This document shows, piece after piece, positions 28,130 to 39,542 of a DNA stretch of 64,000 nucleotides (its first letter is position 1; every line of letters begins with the position of its first letter). The notes below the pieces were generated by a model. The model was not told the origin of the DNA. It searched no databases and saw nothing but the letters and a program-made list of their open reading frames with translations. Where the stretch lies: positions 23,787 through 87,786 of the forward strand of contig JAFZYY010000015.1 in assembly GCA_017616015.1 (NCBI GenBank), read 5' to 3'. This DNA comes from Alphaproteobacteria bacterium (GTDB lineage Bacteria; Pseudomonadota; Alphaproteobacteria; CAAGCB01; CAG-977). The position numbers and the translations under genes were made by a program.

Positions 28130-29976
28130 TATCTTCTTCTCCCTTTGGTTAAATTACGACGACGGATCCGTTCGCGCAACAAACCGGACGGATCGTCTTC
28201 TATCACGCTCAACCATTGCATTTGTTCCTGTTTTTCCGAATCCTCCCGATCCTCTTTTTGCTCTGAAGGCTGCTGATCGCCATTTTTCGGCTGATTATTC
28301 TGCTCCTTTTTGATTTGCTGCCGATCCTGACCGGATTGAGCTTGCTGCTGATTTTGTTCCTTTTGTTGTTGGCTCTGTTCCTGTTTCTGTTGTTGATTCT
28401 GCTGTTGCTGATTTTGTTGCTGTTGCTGATTTTGTTGCTGCTGTTGATTCTGCTGTTGCGGTTCCTGCTTCTGCCGGTCTTGTTTTTGTTCGTTTTGTCC
28501 CTGTTGATTCTGATTCTGCTGCTGTTTTTGATCCTGTTGCTGATTTTGCTGCTGATTCTGTTGCTGTTGATCTTGTTGTTGCTGCTGATTCTGTTGTTGA
28601 TCCTGCTGATTGTTTTTCAGCCGGTCTTCCAGATATTTTTTATTAAAAGCGGCGTCTTCGTGTTTCGGTTCTTTTTCCAAAGCTTTCTTATACGTCTCAA
28701 TCGCCTGCTGATACTGTCCCGCCTGAGCCAAAGCGTTGCCCCGGTTATAAAGCTCTTCTGCCTGTGTCGCTTCTGTCAAAGCGGAAATCGCCGCCGGATA
28801 ATCGCCCGCTTTATAAGCCGCCGCGGCCTGCCAGTTTTTATCCTTGAATACATCGGGATTCAGCGGCTTTTCGCCGGCCGAAATACGCAAAGCCTCTTTT
28901 CTGTCCGGCCGCGTCCATAAATCGGAAAGAGACCATGCCCGAGCCTGTGCCGGCGCCAAAAAGACAAACAACAGCCAAACACCCAACCACCCTTTGCGGT
29001 ATCCGAAAGCTGCAAACGGCAATACAAAAATGCATAACACAGCTCCGAAATCTTTCCATGTATCCGCTTTTGCCTTTTCCTGTTCCGAAAAAAGCGGAGA
29101 AATTTCGCGAACCGGCAACGCGCTCAACAGTGCATCAATATCACGTTCGTCCAACGTTGCCCGTTGATACGAACCACCTCCGGCCTGCGCCGCTTTTTTC
29201 ATATTCTTTTCGGATAATCCCGACAAAACGGGCTTTCCCTGATGTGTCAGGAAAGTCCCGTCCGGCAGCTGCAAAGGCGCGCCGCGACTTGTTCCGATGC
29301 CTAAGAAGGAAACAGTATGTCCCGCCGCTTTGATTTTTTCGGCCGTTTTTACAATCTCGGCCAGGTCATTGTCGGCTACATATCCGCCAAGAACGATAAC
29401 CCGGCCGCCGGTTGATTTGGCCTGCGTCAACAAATCCAAAGCTTTTTCCAACGCCGTCGTCACGTTCGGCATATCCGCTCCCATCATACCGGCCTGCACC
29501 GTCGGCAGCTGATTATCGATAATATGTTTGTCCGTTGTCAGCGGCACGGCGACGAACGGATCGCGGTTATATAAAATCAAGGCGTTCTGACCGTCTTTTG
29601 TTTTCCGTAAAAAATCATGCATTTTAAAACGGGCGCGCTCCATGCGCGAGGGTTTGACGTCTTGCGGTGTCATCAATATCGAAATATCCAGAGCGTAAAC
29701 AGTATCCGTTCCTTTTTTAACAGCGGGCTGAGGCAATTTTTCCCATGTCGGTCCCGCCAGAGAGAGCAAAGCGACAGTCCACGCCCCTATTGTTAAGAAA
29801 AACGGCAGAAACAACCGCTTTCCGTTACCTTTAACCAACTGGAAACGAAGCAGAATACCGTCGCACAACTGCTGCCACAATCCCCCTTGCGAACGTTTGC
29901 TTTTCACAAAAAACAGCAACAAAAACGCCAGAAAACCCCAAAACCATTCCGGGCGCAAAAAATGAAATTCGTTCAT
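28129..29976 (-). CDS. VWA + TPR protein (BatB/BatC-like fusion) with Gln-rich linker
   Basis: FHFLRP, AGPTWE, DVKPSRMERA, VPLTTD, TPR YNRGNAL and C-terminal WL..IEDDPSGLLR. Confidence 0.87.
   Translation of the reverse strand: MNEFHFLRPEWFWGFLAFLLLFFVKSKRSQGGLWQQLCDGILLRFQLVKGNGKRLFLPFFLTIGAWTVALLSLAGPTWEKLPQPAVKKGTDTVYALDISILMTPQDVKPSRMERARFKMHDFLRKTKDGQNALILYNRDPFVAVPLTTDKHIIDNQLPTVQAGMMGADMPNVTTALEKALDLLTQAKSTGGRVIVLGGYVADNDLAEIVKTAEKIKAAGHTVSFLGIGTSRGAPLQLPDGTFLTHQGKPVLSGLSEKNMKKAAQAGGGSYQRATLDERDIDALLSALPVREISPLFSEQEKAKADTWKDFGAVLCIFVLPFAAFGYRKGWLGVWLLFVFLAPAQARAWSLSDLWTRPDRKEALRISAGEKPLNPDVFKDKNWQAAAAYKAGDYPAAISALTEATQAEELYNRGNALAQAGQYQQAIETYKKALEKEPKHEDAAFNKKYLEDRLKNNQQDQQQNQQQQQDQQQQNQQQNQQQDQKQQQNQNQQGQNEQKQDRQKQEPQQQNQQQQQNQQQQQNQQQQNQQQKQEQSQQQKEQNQQQAQSGQDRQQIKKEQNNQPKNGDQQPSEQKEDREDSEKQEQMQWLSVIEDDPSGLLRERIRRRNLTKGRRR
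28305..28615 (-). repeat. Gln/Asn-rich low-complexity CAG/CAA tract within the VWA-TPR gene
   Basis: Runs of QQQNQQQ. Confidence 0.85.
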
Positions 29977-30971
29977 AGCGCCCTCCTGTCCGTTAAAATC
30001 AAAAAAGCGCCCAAAACGCTGAGAATAAAAGCCGCCGCCAGAGGGTAGTAAAACAGCACTTTGACGGGACGAACAAAAATATCGTCGTTCTTTACGGGTT
30101 CCAACTTGTCAATTTCTTTATAAATCTCCAAAAGTTCCTGTGTATTCTTGGCTCTGAAATATTTGCCGCCGGTCTTCTGTGCAATTTCCTGCAACGATTT
30201 TTCATCAATATCGTCACTGCGCGAAAACGGCATCATACCGAACAGCCCTTCCATTTGCGTCATATCGGAACCGGCGCCGATCGTATAAACTTTAACGCCC
30301 ATCTTTTCGGCCAGTTCAGCGGCTTCCAACGGTTTCATTCTGCCCGCGTTCGCCGCGCCGTCCGACAACAAAACGATTACTTTGCTTTCGGCCGGAACGT
30401 CAATCATCGTCTTTAAAGCAATTCCCAAAGCGTCGCCGATCGCCGTCTGAGACCCCGCCATGCCGACGTCCGCTTCTTCCAACAAATCGGAAACGGTTTT
30501 TAAATCGTAAGTCAGAGGCGCGTATAAATAGGCTCTTTCCCCGAACAAAACTATTCCCACGCGGTCGCCTTCGCGCTGTCTGACAAAAGCGTCCGCAACG
30601 GCCTGAACCGCGTCCCAACGGCGCACAGGTCTGTTCTGTATGATGAAATCCGCTTCTTCCATCGATCCGGAAATATCCAGAACCAACATCAGGTTGCGCC
30701 CCTCGGAAGGAATTTTTGCCGGCGCTCCCGTCCATTGAGGGCCGGCCGCCGCCGTTACCAGCAAAATCCAGATCAAAGCGCCCAGAATCCGGCGGAGATA
30801 TAATTTCGATTTTCCGAATCTTGTCCCGCGCAAAGAAATCTTATCCATGTCGTCAAAAAAAGGAACTTTCAGCGCGTCTTCGTTTTTATCACTCGCCCGC
30901 GGCAAAACCGCCCGCATAAACAACGGCAGAGGTAACAGCACAAACATTACCGGAAGAACAAAACCCGTCAT
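29973..30971 (-). CDS. batA: VWA-domain protein (BatA-like)
   Basis: MIDAS DISGSM, GDRVGIVLFG, TAIGDAL, LLSDG and TGGKYFRA. Confidence 0.9.
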   Translation of the reverse strand: MTGFVLPVMFVLLPLPLFMRAVLPRASDKNEDALKVPFFDDMDKISLRGTRFGKSKLYLRRILGALIWILLVTAAAGPQWTGAPAKIPSEGRNLMLVLDISGSMEEADFIIQNRPVRRWDAVQAVADAFVRQREGDRVGIVLFGERAYLYAPLTYDLKTVSDLLEEADVGMAGSQTAIGDALGIALKTMIDVPAESKVIVLLSDGAANAGRMKPLEAAELAEKMGVKVYTIGAGSDMTQMEGLFGMMPFSRSDDIDEKSLQEIAQKTGGKYFRAKNTQELLEIYKEIDKLEPVKNDDIFVRPVKVLFYYPLAAAFILSVLGAFLILTDRRAL

Positions 30972-31450
30972 AGATTACGCTCCAACCATTTTTGAACCGA
31001 AGACAGCAAATGCTTTCCGCCTGAAAAATCCTGATCCGTCGGCGGCGGCGCATACGCCTGCATTGCTAAAAGATATTGATCCCGTTCGTTCAAATCGGCC
31101 CCCGTCCGTGTCAAAAACTCAGTCCATTCCGTTCCGTTCAGCTTTGCCGTTTTTTCCCGTCCGAAGCGATACAGCGCGACGCGACGCATCAAAACGGACA
31201 AAGCGCCCGCCAGCGCGGAAGTATCGCCACCCGTCAGAAAAGAACTTCGCGCCTCGTTAAACGCGGCGAAAGCTTCGCGCCGCCGTTTCAAACGCGGACT
31301 GTTATAAATTAAAAATCCCGTAACCGCCGCGCTTAAAACAACATAGAACACTATCCGCCACCCCGCTCCCAAAGGAAATATCCCATTTGGATATAACGGG
31401 CGAACGTATGACAGTAATTCTTCCCGACTGATTTCCGGCGGCAGAAGCAT
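30968..31450 (-). CDS. DUF4381-like Bat-operon membrane protein
   Basis: PLGAGW+TM, LMRRVAL and LNGTEWTEFL; its position upstream of batA is the usual one. Confidence 0.75.
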   Translation of the reverse strand: MLLPPEISREELLSYVRPLYPNGIFPLGAGWRIVFYVVLSAAVTGFLIYNSPRLKRRREAFAAFNEARSSFLTGGDTSALAGALSVLMRRVALYRFGREKTAKLNGTEWTEFLTRTGADLNERDQYLLAMQAYAPPPTDQDFSGGKHLLSSVQKWLERNL

Positions 31451-31626
31451 TTTTTATCCCTTTCCGGATATAAAAAGTAAGAGATTTGTCCGTGATAATC
31501 AAGATTACAAAATCTTTTATTTTAAATCCGCGCCGATATAAACAAAAAACACCTCCATATCCCTCTGGACAAAGTAACTTTTCTGGAGCAAAATAGAGGA
31601 AATTTTATTAAATAAGGAAAAAAGCC

Positions 31627-32238
31627 ATGCTGGATCTTCCGGAACCGTCGCGGGTTAACTCTGCCGCAGGACAACAAGACAAACAACGTTATATTAAAAA
31701 AATTGAAGACGTTCCCGCGCGTTATCGGGAACACCCCCGCTTTGACGAATTGTCCAGAGACCCTGCTCATAAAGGGGACAGACCGGAAAAAGTATTGCGG
31801 GAAGCCATGTCCGCTTTGGAAGCCGAAATGTCCGGCAAAGTTGCGGGTCCCGTTACGCGCGGAGATACCGGCTATATCGATTTTTATGACGGCGAAGGAT
31901 ACCCGTTCGACGTCAAGACTCCGCTGTCTCCGTCTCCCGGCGACAACTGGCAATTCAGCCCGTATCAGGTCGCGGACACAATATTGGATCAGCTGAAAAA
32001 AGATCACAAAAACAAACTTACTGGCGAAGAACAGCCCGTTGCCGTGTTATTGGACACGACCTATATGAAGGAAGAAGACCGAATCGAAATGTGGCGCGAA
32101 TTGCGCAAAATGACGAAAGAAAACCGCGGCATTCTCAAACGCATTTTTGAAGTCAACGTGCAGTTGGATCCGGAACCGAAGAAAAATCGTCTATCTCCTC
32201 AACAATTTGCTTTAATAGCAAAAGGAATGGGCAGATGA
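31627..32238 (+). CDS. Putative polymorphic-toxin-type PD-(D/E)xK nuclease domain protein with a C-terminal tail
   Basis: LSRDPAH...REAMSALEAE...GPVTRG...DFYDGEGYPFDVKTP...VLLDTT resembles restriction-endonuclease-fold toxin tips; AAGGA RBS. Confidence 0.55.
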   Translation: MLDLPEPSRVNSAAGQQDKQRYIKKIEDVPARYREHPRFDELSRDPAHKGDRPEKVLREAMSALEAEMSGKVAGPVTRGDTGYIDFYDGEGYPFDVKTPLSPSPGDNWQFSPYQVADTILDQLKKDHKNKLTGEEQPVAVLLDTTYMKEEDRIEMWRELRKMTKENRGILKRIFEVNVQLDPEPKKNRLSPQQFALIAKGMGR

Positions 32239-32381
32239 AGCGTCTGATTATTTGCTTTCTGGTTTTATTTTTAAGCTCCTGTGCTTTGCTTGACGACTTT
32301 TTTACCAGCGCGCAGATACAGCAAAAAGAGGAATCGGAATCCATTTTGCTTGCCTGCCAGAATCCGGGAAACACTTTATGA
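32235..32381 (+). CDS. Small 48-aa lipoprotein (not in the ORF track)
   Basis: MKRLIICFLVLFLSS-CALLDDFFTSAQIQQKEESESILLACQNPGNTL; ATGA overlaps with both neighbouring genes. Confidence 0.6.
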   Translation: MKRLIICFLVLFLSSCALLDDFFTSAQIQQKEESESILLACQNPGNTL

Positions 32382-32908
32382 AAAAGCTGATTGCCTTTGT
32401 TCTTTTTTTATCTTTAACGTCCTGTTCCCTGATTGAAGATTATCATCGCAAGGAAACGCCGTTCACGGAATTCGAAAAAGGAATAGCGGCGTTCAGCAGC
32501 GCCGATTATCCGAAAGCCATGAAATATCTGACCGGTCCCGCCGAAAGCGGCAATGCGGACGCGCAGTATATTATCGGAATGATTTATCTGTACGGCTTAA
32601 CCGACGTAAAGAATCTTTATATGGCGCAAAAATGGCTGACCATGGCCGCCGAGGAAGGACAGCAGGCCGCGCAGGAACAACTGGCGTTTCTTTACCGCAA
32701 CGAATATACGCCGCTCTATAACCCGATTACCGCGTACCATTGGTTCAGCGTCATTATTGAAGACAATCCTCAGCACCAGGAAAATATGGAAAATCTGGAA
32801 TGGGCTCTGCGCAGCCGCGGATTATTGAGGACGGCGCAAACTTTGCCGCAACCCAAAGAAAAAAGATATAAAGGCGTAAACTTTAATTCCCTGTTCCCGC
32901 TGAGATAG
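32378..32908 (+). CDS. Sel1-repeat lipoprotein
   Basis: Lipobox LTS-C; Sel1 repeats AESGNADAQYIIGMIYLYG and AAEEGQQAAQEQLAFLY. Confidence 0.82.
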   Translation: MKKLIAFVLFLSLTSCSLIEDYHRKETPFTEFEKGIAAFSSADYPKAMKYLTGPAESGNADAQYIIGMIYLYGLTDVKNLYMAQKWLTMAAEEGQQAAQEQLAFLYRNEYTPLYNPITAYHWFSVIIEDNPQHQENMENLEWALRSRGLLRTAQTLPQPKEKRYKGVNFNSLFPLR

Positions 32909-32909
32909 C

Positions 32910-34946
32910 TTAAAACCGCATCATTGTTTGTTCCAGCCGCCTGATTTCGTCACGCAAACGAGCGGCTTGTTCAAATTCCAGATTTTCGGCCGCTTTGCGC
33001 ATCTGCCGTTCCAGTTTGGCGATTGTGTCTTTCAGTTTCTTTTCGGACGAGAACAAGTCTTTTTCCTTGTCGTCCGGAAGTTTGTCAACGCCTTCTTTTT
33101 CACACAATTCCTGTAAAATATCGGCGATTTCACGCTGAATCGTTTTAGGTTTAATGTTGTGTTCCAGATTGAACTTTTCCTGCTTCTCGCGGCGGCGGGC
33201 GGTTTCGTCCAACGCCCGTTGCATTGACCCTGTGATTTTATCGGCATACAGAATGACGCGCCCTTCCGCATTGCGCGCCGCGCGCCCGATCGTCTGAATC
33301 AAAGATCGGTCGGAACGCAGGAAGCCTTCCTTGTCCGCGTCCAAAATCGCGACAAGCGCGCATTCCGGAATATCCAAACCCTCGCGCAAAAGGTTAATGC
33401 CGACCAGAACGTCAAACACGCCCAAACGCAAGTCTCTGACAATCTCGATACGCTCCAGAGTGTCAATATCCGAATGCATGTATCGCACTTTGACGCCGTT
33501 TTCCGCCAAATAGTCCGTTAAATCCTCCGCCATTTTCTTGGTCAACGTCGTAACGAGGACTCTTTGCCCCTTTTCCGCGCACGCCCGACATTCCGCCATT
33601 AAATCATCAACCTGTGTCGAAACGGGGCGGACTTCGCACAACGGATCAAGCAAGCCGGTCGGACGAATAATCTGTTCCGTAAATTCGCCCTGCGTCTGAT
33701 CCAGCTCCCACGGTCCGGGAGTTGCCGACACAAAGATCGTCTGCGGACGCATCTTATCCCATTCCTCGAATTTCAAAGGCCGGTTGTCCACACAGCTCGG
33801 CAGGCGAAAACCGTAAGTCGCCAATGTGCTTTTGCGATTAAAGTCGCCGCGGTACATTCCCCCGAGCTGCGGCACGGAAACGTGGCTTTCGTCAACGAAG
33901 AGCAAAGCGTCTTTCGGCAGATACTCGAACAAAGTCGGCGGCGGTTCCCCCGGCGCGCGTCCCGTCAGATGGCGGGAATAGTTCTCAATGCCTTTGCAGT
34001 GCCCCGTCGCTTCCAGCATTTCCAGATCGAAACGGGTGCGCTGTTCAAGACGTTCGGCTTCCAGCGGCTTGTTTTCGGAAGCGTAGTAAAACAGGCGTTC
34101 TTTGAGTTCCTGTTTTATCGTTTTCATCGCCTGAGAAAGCGCAGGCCGCGGCGTCACATAGTGACTGGCGGGGTAAACGGTGATTTCCTTCAGCTCAAGC
34201 TTTTTGACGCCCGTCAGGGGATCGAATTCGGAAATCGATTCCAACTCGTCGCCGAAAAAAGACAGCCGCCATGCCAAATCCTCATAATGCGACGGGAAAA
34301 TATCCAGCACGTCGCCTTTTAAACGGAATGTGCCGCGCGTGAAAGCCAGCTCGTTGCGCTGATATTGCAATTCGACAAGCTGACGGGCGAGATCGCGGAC
34401 GTCGTAAGACTCTCCGGCTTTGACGGAAAACGCCATCGACGAATACGATTCAACGCTGCCCAGACCGTAAATGCAGGATACCGAAGCGACGATAATCACA
34501 TCGCGGCGTTCGAGAATGTGCCGCGTCGCCCCGTGACGCATACGATCAATCTGTTCGTTGATCGCGGAATCCTTTTCGATATAGGTATCCGTGCGGGGAA
34601 TATAGGCTTCGGGCTGATAATAGTCGTAATACGACACGAAATATTCCACGGCGTTATCCGGAAAAAACGACTTCATTTCCCCGTACAACTGTGCCGCCAA
34701 AATCTTGTTCGGCGCCAGAATCAGCGCCGGTCGCTTCATGCGCTGAATGATCTGCGCCATCGTAAAGGTCTTGCCCGAGCCCGTCACACCCAGTAGCACC
34801 TGATTGCGCTCGCCCTTTTGCAGACCGTCGACCAACGACTGAATCGCTTCAGGCTGATCGCCGGCAGGCTCGTACGCCGACACCAGATGAAACTCGGCGG
34901 GCGTCGTGTCTTCCGGGTGTTCGTAAAGCGGCAAAATCGTATTCAA
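32910..34946 (-). CDS. uvrB: Excinuclease ABC subunit B
   Basis: [45 protein letters not shown] and a C-terminal UVR domain. Confidence 0.98.
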   Translation of the reverse strand: MNTILPLYEHPEDTTPAEFHLVSAYEPAGDQPEAIQSLVDGLQKGERNQVLLGVTGSGKTFTMAQIIQRMKRPALILAPNKILAAQLYGEMKSFFPDNAVEYFVSYYDYYQPEAYIPRTDTYIEKDSAINEQIDRMRHGATRHILERRDVIIVASVSCIYGLGSVESYSSMAFSVKAGESYDVRDLARQLVELQYQRNELAFTRGTFRLKGDVLDIFPSHYEDLAWRLSFFGDELESISEFDPLTGVKKLELKEITVYPASHYVTPRPALSQAMKTIKQELKERLFYYASENKPLEAERLEQRTRFDLEMLEATGHCKGIENYSRHLTGRAPGEPPPTLFEYLPKDALLFVDESHVSVPQLGGMYRGDFNRKSTLATYGFRLPSCVDNRPLKFEEWDKMRPQTIFVSATPGPWELDQTQGEFTEQIIRPTGLLDPLCEVRPVSTQVDDLMAECRACAEKGQRVLVTTLTKKMAEDLTDYLAENGVKVRYMHSDIDTLERIEIVRDLRLGVFDVLVGINLLREGLDIPECALVAILDADKEGFLRSDRSLIQTIGRAARNAEGRVILYADKITGSMQRALDETARRREKQEKFNLEHNIKPKTIQREIADILQELCEKEGVDKLPDDKEKDLFSSEKKLKDTIAKLERQMRKAAENLEFEQAARLRDEIRRLEQTMMRF

Positions 34947-35009
34947 GGCTTTACCTTTAACTGATTAACCAATAATATGAATCGACACTATAAAGATAAG
35001 GGATTACAG

Positions 35010-36632
35010 ATGCAAAACAAATTAAAGTTTTCCGTCAACCTCGCAAAAAAAATATTTTTTTGCCGGGATACGGGAATTTTAACGCTGTGCCTGCTCGGAG
35101 CCGGATTGCTGTCTGTTTGTCTGGAACAGGAATTACTGTCCGATTTATTTATGTATCATTACTATAACGGTTTTGCTTTTTTGAACAACCGGCTGGCTTT
35201 TGATATAGCTCCGGGACAAGTCGCCACTTATTATAATCCGTTATTGGATACGGCCTGGTATTTGCTGAATAAAACTTTTTCGCAATATCCGTTCATGTTT
35301 GTTATGGGATTTCCGGCCGGAATCGCTTTGTTTCTTACTTATAAAATCGCCGATTTATTCTTTCCCGAACGTAAAAGCGTGTGGATTCCCGCGTGTCTGC
35401 TTATCTCTCTGACCGGCTTTTCCTTCTTTCGCCAAATCGGCACATGTTCGCATGAAATCACGCTGGCCTGTTTTGTTCTGGCGGCGCTTTATCTGTTATT
35501 AAAAAATCCGACAAAGTCGTTTCCGTATTTTATCGCGGGCGCTTTATTGGGAGCGGCCGCCGGACTTAAATTAACCGTTGCCGTTTACTGCGTTTCAACG
35601 GGAATAACGTTGATCTTATTTTACAAGAAACTGGAAAAGCCCAAAACTTTTATCGGACTGTTTATCCTGGGCGGATTAACCGGTTTTCTGGCGACAAACG
35701 GGTTTTGGCTGTGGACATTATGGAAAAACTTTCAAAATCCGTTTTTTCCTTTCTGGAACAAGATTTTCAAATCGCCTTATTTCTTTCATGAAAATTACGT
35801 GGACGACCTGCATTTATCTTACAGTTGGAAAAAGCTGCTGTTTCTGCCGTTCTGGATTTTTTCGGAAAATATCAGGAATTTAGCTGATCCCAAAAGCTTA
35901 ACCGGCAATATTTCCTTCTTTGACGCGCGTTGGGTTATCGGTTATTTTCTGTTATTCGGCTTTTTAATAAAATTGTTCAATCGGGATTTCCGCGCGAATG
36001 TTTCAGAAAAGACGCTGTTTATCGTAACTTTCCTGTTTATTTCTTACCTGACATGGCTTTTGTCATCACAAAATATCCGTTTCGCCGTTCCTGTTGAAAT
36101 GCTGTTCGGAATAGTTTTCATCAAAGCGCTGTCCCTTTGCCCTTATCCGAAAGGTTCTTTCAAAGAAGTCGCCGCGAATTCCGCTGTTTTTACCTTTTTC
36201 TTAATTCTTGTATTGACAGCTCCGTTTTCCGCGCCCTGGGGTGTATATTTTCGTTTTTCTGTGCCGGACAATGCCGTTTTGCCTAAAAACGCGCTGATTC
36301 TGACAAACGACACGCTTACCTCATACCTTGCGGCAACGCTTGCCGAACGCACAAACGCCAGAATAATCAACAGCTTTGGCAAAAGTAATGTAACTTACTC
36401 CGATTTTTCGGATTCAAACAGATTTTCGGAAGTCAAAAAAGAGCTTGTAGCACAAAATCGCTTTCCCGTGATTTCTTTACTATACCTTCCGAAAAACGAA
36501 GAACCGCAAAGGAAAAACAATTCGTGCTATCGGATCAAAACGGAAGAAAAGTTTATCCTTAATGAAAAGGCTCATTTTTTCTTGTGTTCCGAACCGGAAA
36601 TCATCAACAATATATTTTATAATGACCCTTAA
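35010..36632 (+). CDS. Polytopic GT-C-type membrane glycosyltransferase (DUF2029/GT87-like), copy 1
   Basis: Many TMs; D..YHYYNGFAF, TYYNPLLD, GLKLT and NPFFPFWNKIFKSPY; likely start 35010. Confidence 0.7.
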   Translation: MQNKLKFSVNLAKKIFFCRDTGILTLCLLGAGLLSVCLEQELLSDLFMYHYYNGFAFLNNRLAFDIAPGQVATYYNPLLDTAWYLLNKTFSQYPFMFVMGFPAGIALFLTYKIADLFFPERKSVWIPACLLISLTGFSFFRQIGTCSHEITLACFVLAALYLLLKNPTKSFPYFIAGALLGAAAGLKLTVAVYCVSTGITLILFYKKLEKPKTFIGLFILGGLTGFLATNGFWLWTLWKNFQNPFFPFWNKIFKSPYFFHENYVDDLHLSYSWKKLLFLPFWIFSENIRNLADPKSLTGNISFFDARWVIGYFLLFGFLIKLFNRDFRANVSEKTLFIVTFLFISYLTWLLSSQNIRFAVPVEMLFGIVFIKALSLCPYPKGSFKEVAANSAVFTFFLILVLTAPFSAPWGVYFRFSVPDNAVLPKNALILTNDTLTSYLAATLAERTNARIINSFGKSNVTYSDFSDSNRFSEVKKELVAQNRFPVISLLYLPKNEEPQRKNNSCYRIKTEEKFILNEKAHFFLCSEPEIINNIFYNDP

Positions 36633-36648
36633 AAGCAGACTTGGCACA

Positions 36649-38262
36649 ATGATAAAGAAAGACTCTTTTCGGAATATTTCAATTTGTCTGGCGTTTTTAA
36701 TCGTCGGCGGAATCCTGTCCACATTCTTAAAGACAGAGTTCCTTTTTGATTTTTTGCAATACCACTATTATAACGGCTTCGCATTCGTCAATAATCGGCA
36801 CAATATTGATTTGGGCGTCGCGGCGTTGCCCACATACTACAATCCGCTGCTTGACGCGGCGGCTTATCTTCTGATCCGTTTTTGCGGCGAAAATCTAAGC
36901 TTGTACTATTTTATAACGGGACTGCCGTTCGGTTTGCTGATGTTTATCTTTTTCAAGATATGTCTGCTGTTTTTTGATCCGGCGAGCATAAAAGGAAAAA
37001 TTCAAATCACATTCGCGGTTTTAATTGCGGCGACGGGATTCCACGTTTTTTCTCAAATAGGTTCGATTTCGCACGATATTTCCTCAAACGTCTTTATTTT
37101 GGCGGCCTTTTATCTACTGTTGCGAAAAGACAAAAGCTTTCTCGCCGCAGGTTTCTTACTGGGAACGGGAGCCGCCTTGAAACTGTCCGGCGTCATCTAT
37201 TGCGTTTCTTTCGGCATATCATTGATTTTAATGTATAAAAAGCTACCGGATCCTTTGAAAAACCTTTCCCGTTTTATTCTGGGCGGTTTTCTGGGATTTA
37301 TGGCTTTCAACGGTTTCTGGATGTATTTCTTATGGGAACAGTACCAAAATCCGTTTTTCCCGTTCTGGAATAAAATTTTTAAATCGCCTTACTATCTGCC
37401 GATCAATTACATCGACAAAATTGCTACGGAATATATGATCGCCGTTGATTTTATTCTCTATCCGTTCTATCTGGTTCTTCATTCGTCCGAATCAAACATC
37501 ATCGTCAACGCTGACGTTACGGACGCTCGTTTGGCGCTTTTATTTATAATCGGGTTCGGCGCCGTGTTTTTCTTTTTCAAAAAGAAAGAGCCGTTTTCCC
37601 CTGTCATGAAAGAAGCCGGCGTTTTTATGGCCGTGTCTTATATCGTTTGCCTTTTTTTATCGGCGCTGTCCCGATTTCTTATTCCGGTTGAAATGTTTGC
37701 CGCGATTGTTATCGTTTCCTGTTTTTCGCGTATAAAATATCCTCAGAAAACAATCACGGAAGGACTTTACTGGTCCGCCGCGATTTTATTGTGCTTTCTT
37801 TTGTTTTCCACGCCGTACTACTCCGATAGTTTCGGAAGAAGAACGGAAACGGAATTTTTAAAGGAAAAAATCACTTTGCCGGAAAAAACGCTTATTTACG
37901 GCTTCGGCGTTTTCGCCCCGGCCTTTATCGCGCGCCTGATGGAAACAAATCCTACCGCCGCGGGCATCGGTTTCCGCCTTGCCGAAAAGGGAAATTGGTT
38001 TCAAATAAATATGCCCGCCTATGGAAAAATGACTGAAATAACGCAGAAAATGAGGGAAGATTATCAAAATCAGGTCGCTTTTGTCACCGAAGCTCCCATA
38101 GCTACTCTTTTGCCGCCGCAGGGAGAAAAAGCCGTCATTCTTAAAGGCTGGCTTTGCGAACCGCTTTCAATAGCCGAAAGCTACAACCGCAATTTCAGAG
38201 AGTCTTTAAAACTTTGTTTCCCGCCGGAAATGAAAGAAAAAATCGTCATCGAAAGAAAATAG
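36649..38262 (+). CDS. Polytopic GT-C-type membrane glycosyltransferase, copy 2 (tandem paralogue)
   Basis: Same motifs as copy 1 (YHYYNGFAF, YYNPLLD, NPFFPFWNKIFKSPY); likely start 36649 or 36622. Confidence 0.7.
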   Translation: MIKKDSFRNISICLAFLIVGGILSTFLKTEFLFDFLQYHYYNGFAFVNNRHNIDLGVAALPTYYNPLLDAAAYLLIRFCGENLSLYYFITGLPFGLLMFIFFKICLLFFDPASIKGKIQITFAVLIAATGFHVFSQIGSISHDISSNVFILAAFYLLLRKDKSFLAAGFLLGTGAALKLSGVIYCVSFGISLILMYKKLPDPLKNLSRFILGGFLGFMAFNGFWMYFLWEQYQNPFFPFWNKIFKSPYYLPINYIDKIATEYMIAVDFILYPFYLVLHSSESNIIVNADVTDARLALLFIIGFGAVFFFFKKKEPFSPVMKEAGVFMAVSYIVCLFLSALSRFLIPVEMFAAIVIVSCFSRIKYPQKTITEGLYWSAAILLCFLLFSTPYYSDSFGRRTETEFLKEKITLPEKTLIYGFGVFAPAFIARLMETNPTAAGIGFRLAEKGNWFQINMPAYGKMTEITQKMREDYQNQVAFVTEAPIATLLPPQGEKAVILKGWLCEPLSIAESYNRNFRESLKLCFPPEMKEKIVIERK

Positions 38263-38286
38263 CTCTTTACGGAAAACCGCGACTAA

Positions 38287-39534
<1,248 letters not shown>

Positions 39535-39542
39535 AGTTTTGT

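Noticed and set aside
28315-28920. 201-aa Leu-rich ORF on the plus strand
   Set aside because: Antisense reading of the Gln-rich CAG/CAA tract of the VWA-TPR gene.
34947-35009. Search for an alphaproteobacterial LexA box (GTTC-N7-GTTC) upstream of uvrB, and upstream of uvrC
   Set aside because: No match seen.
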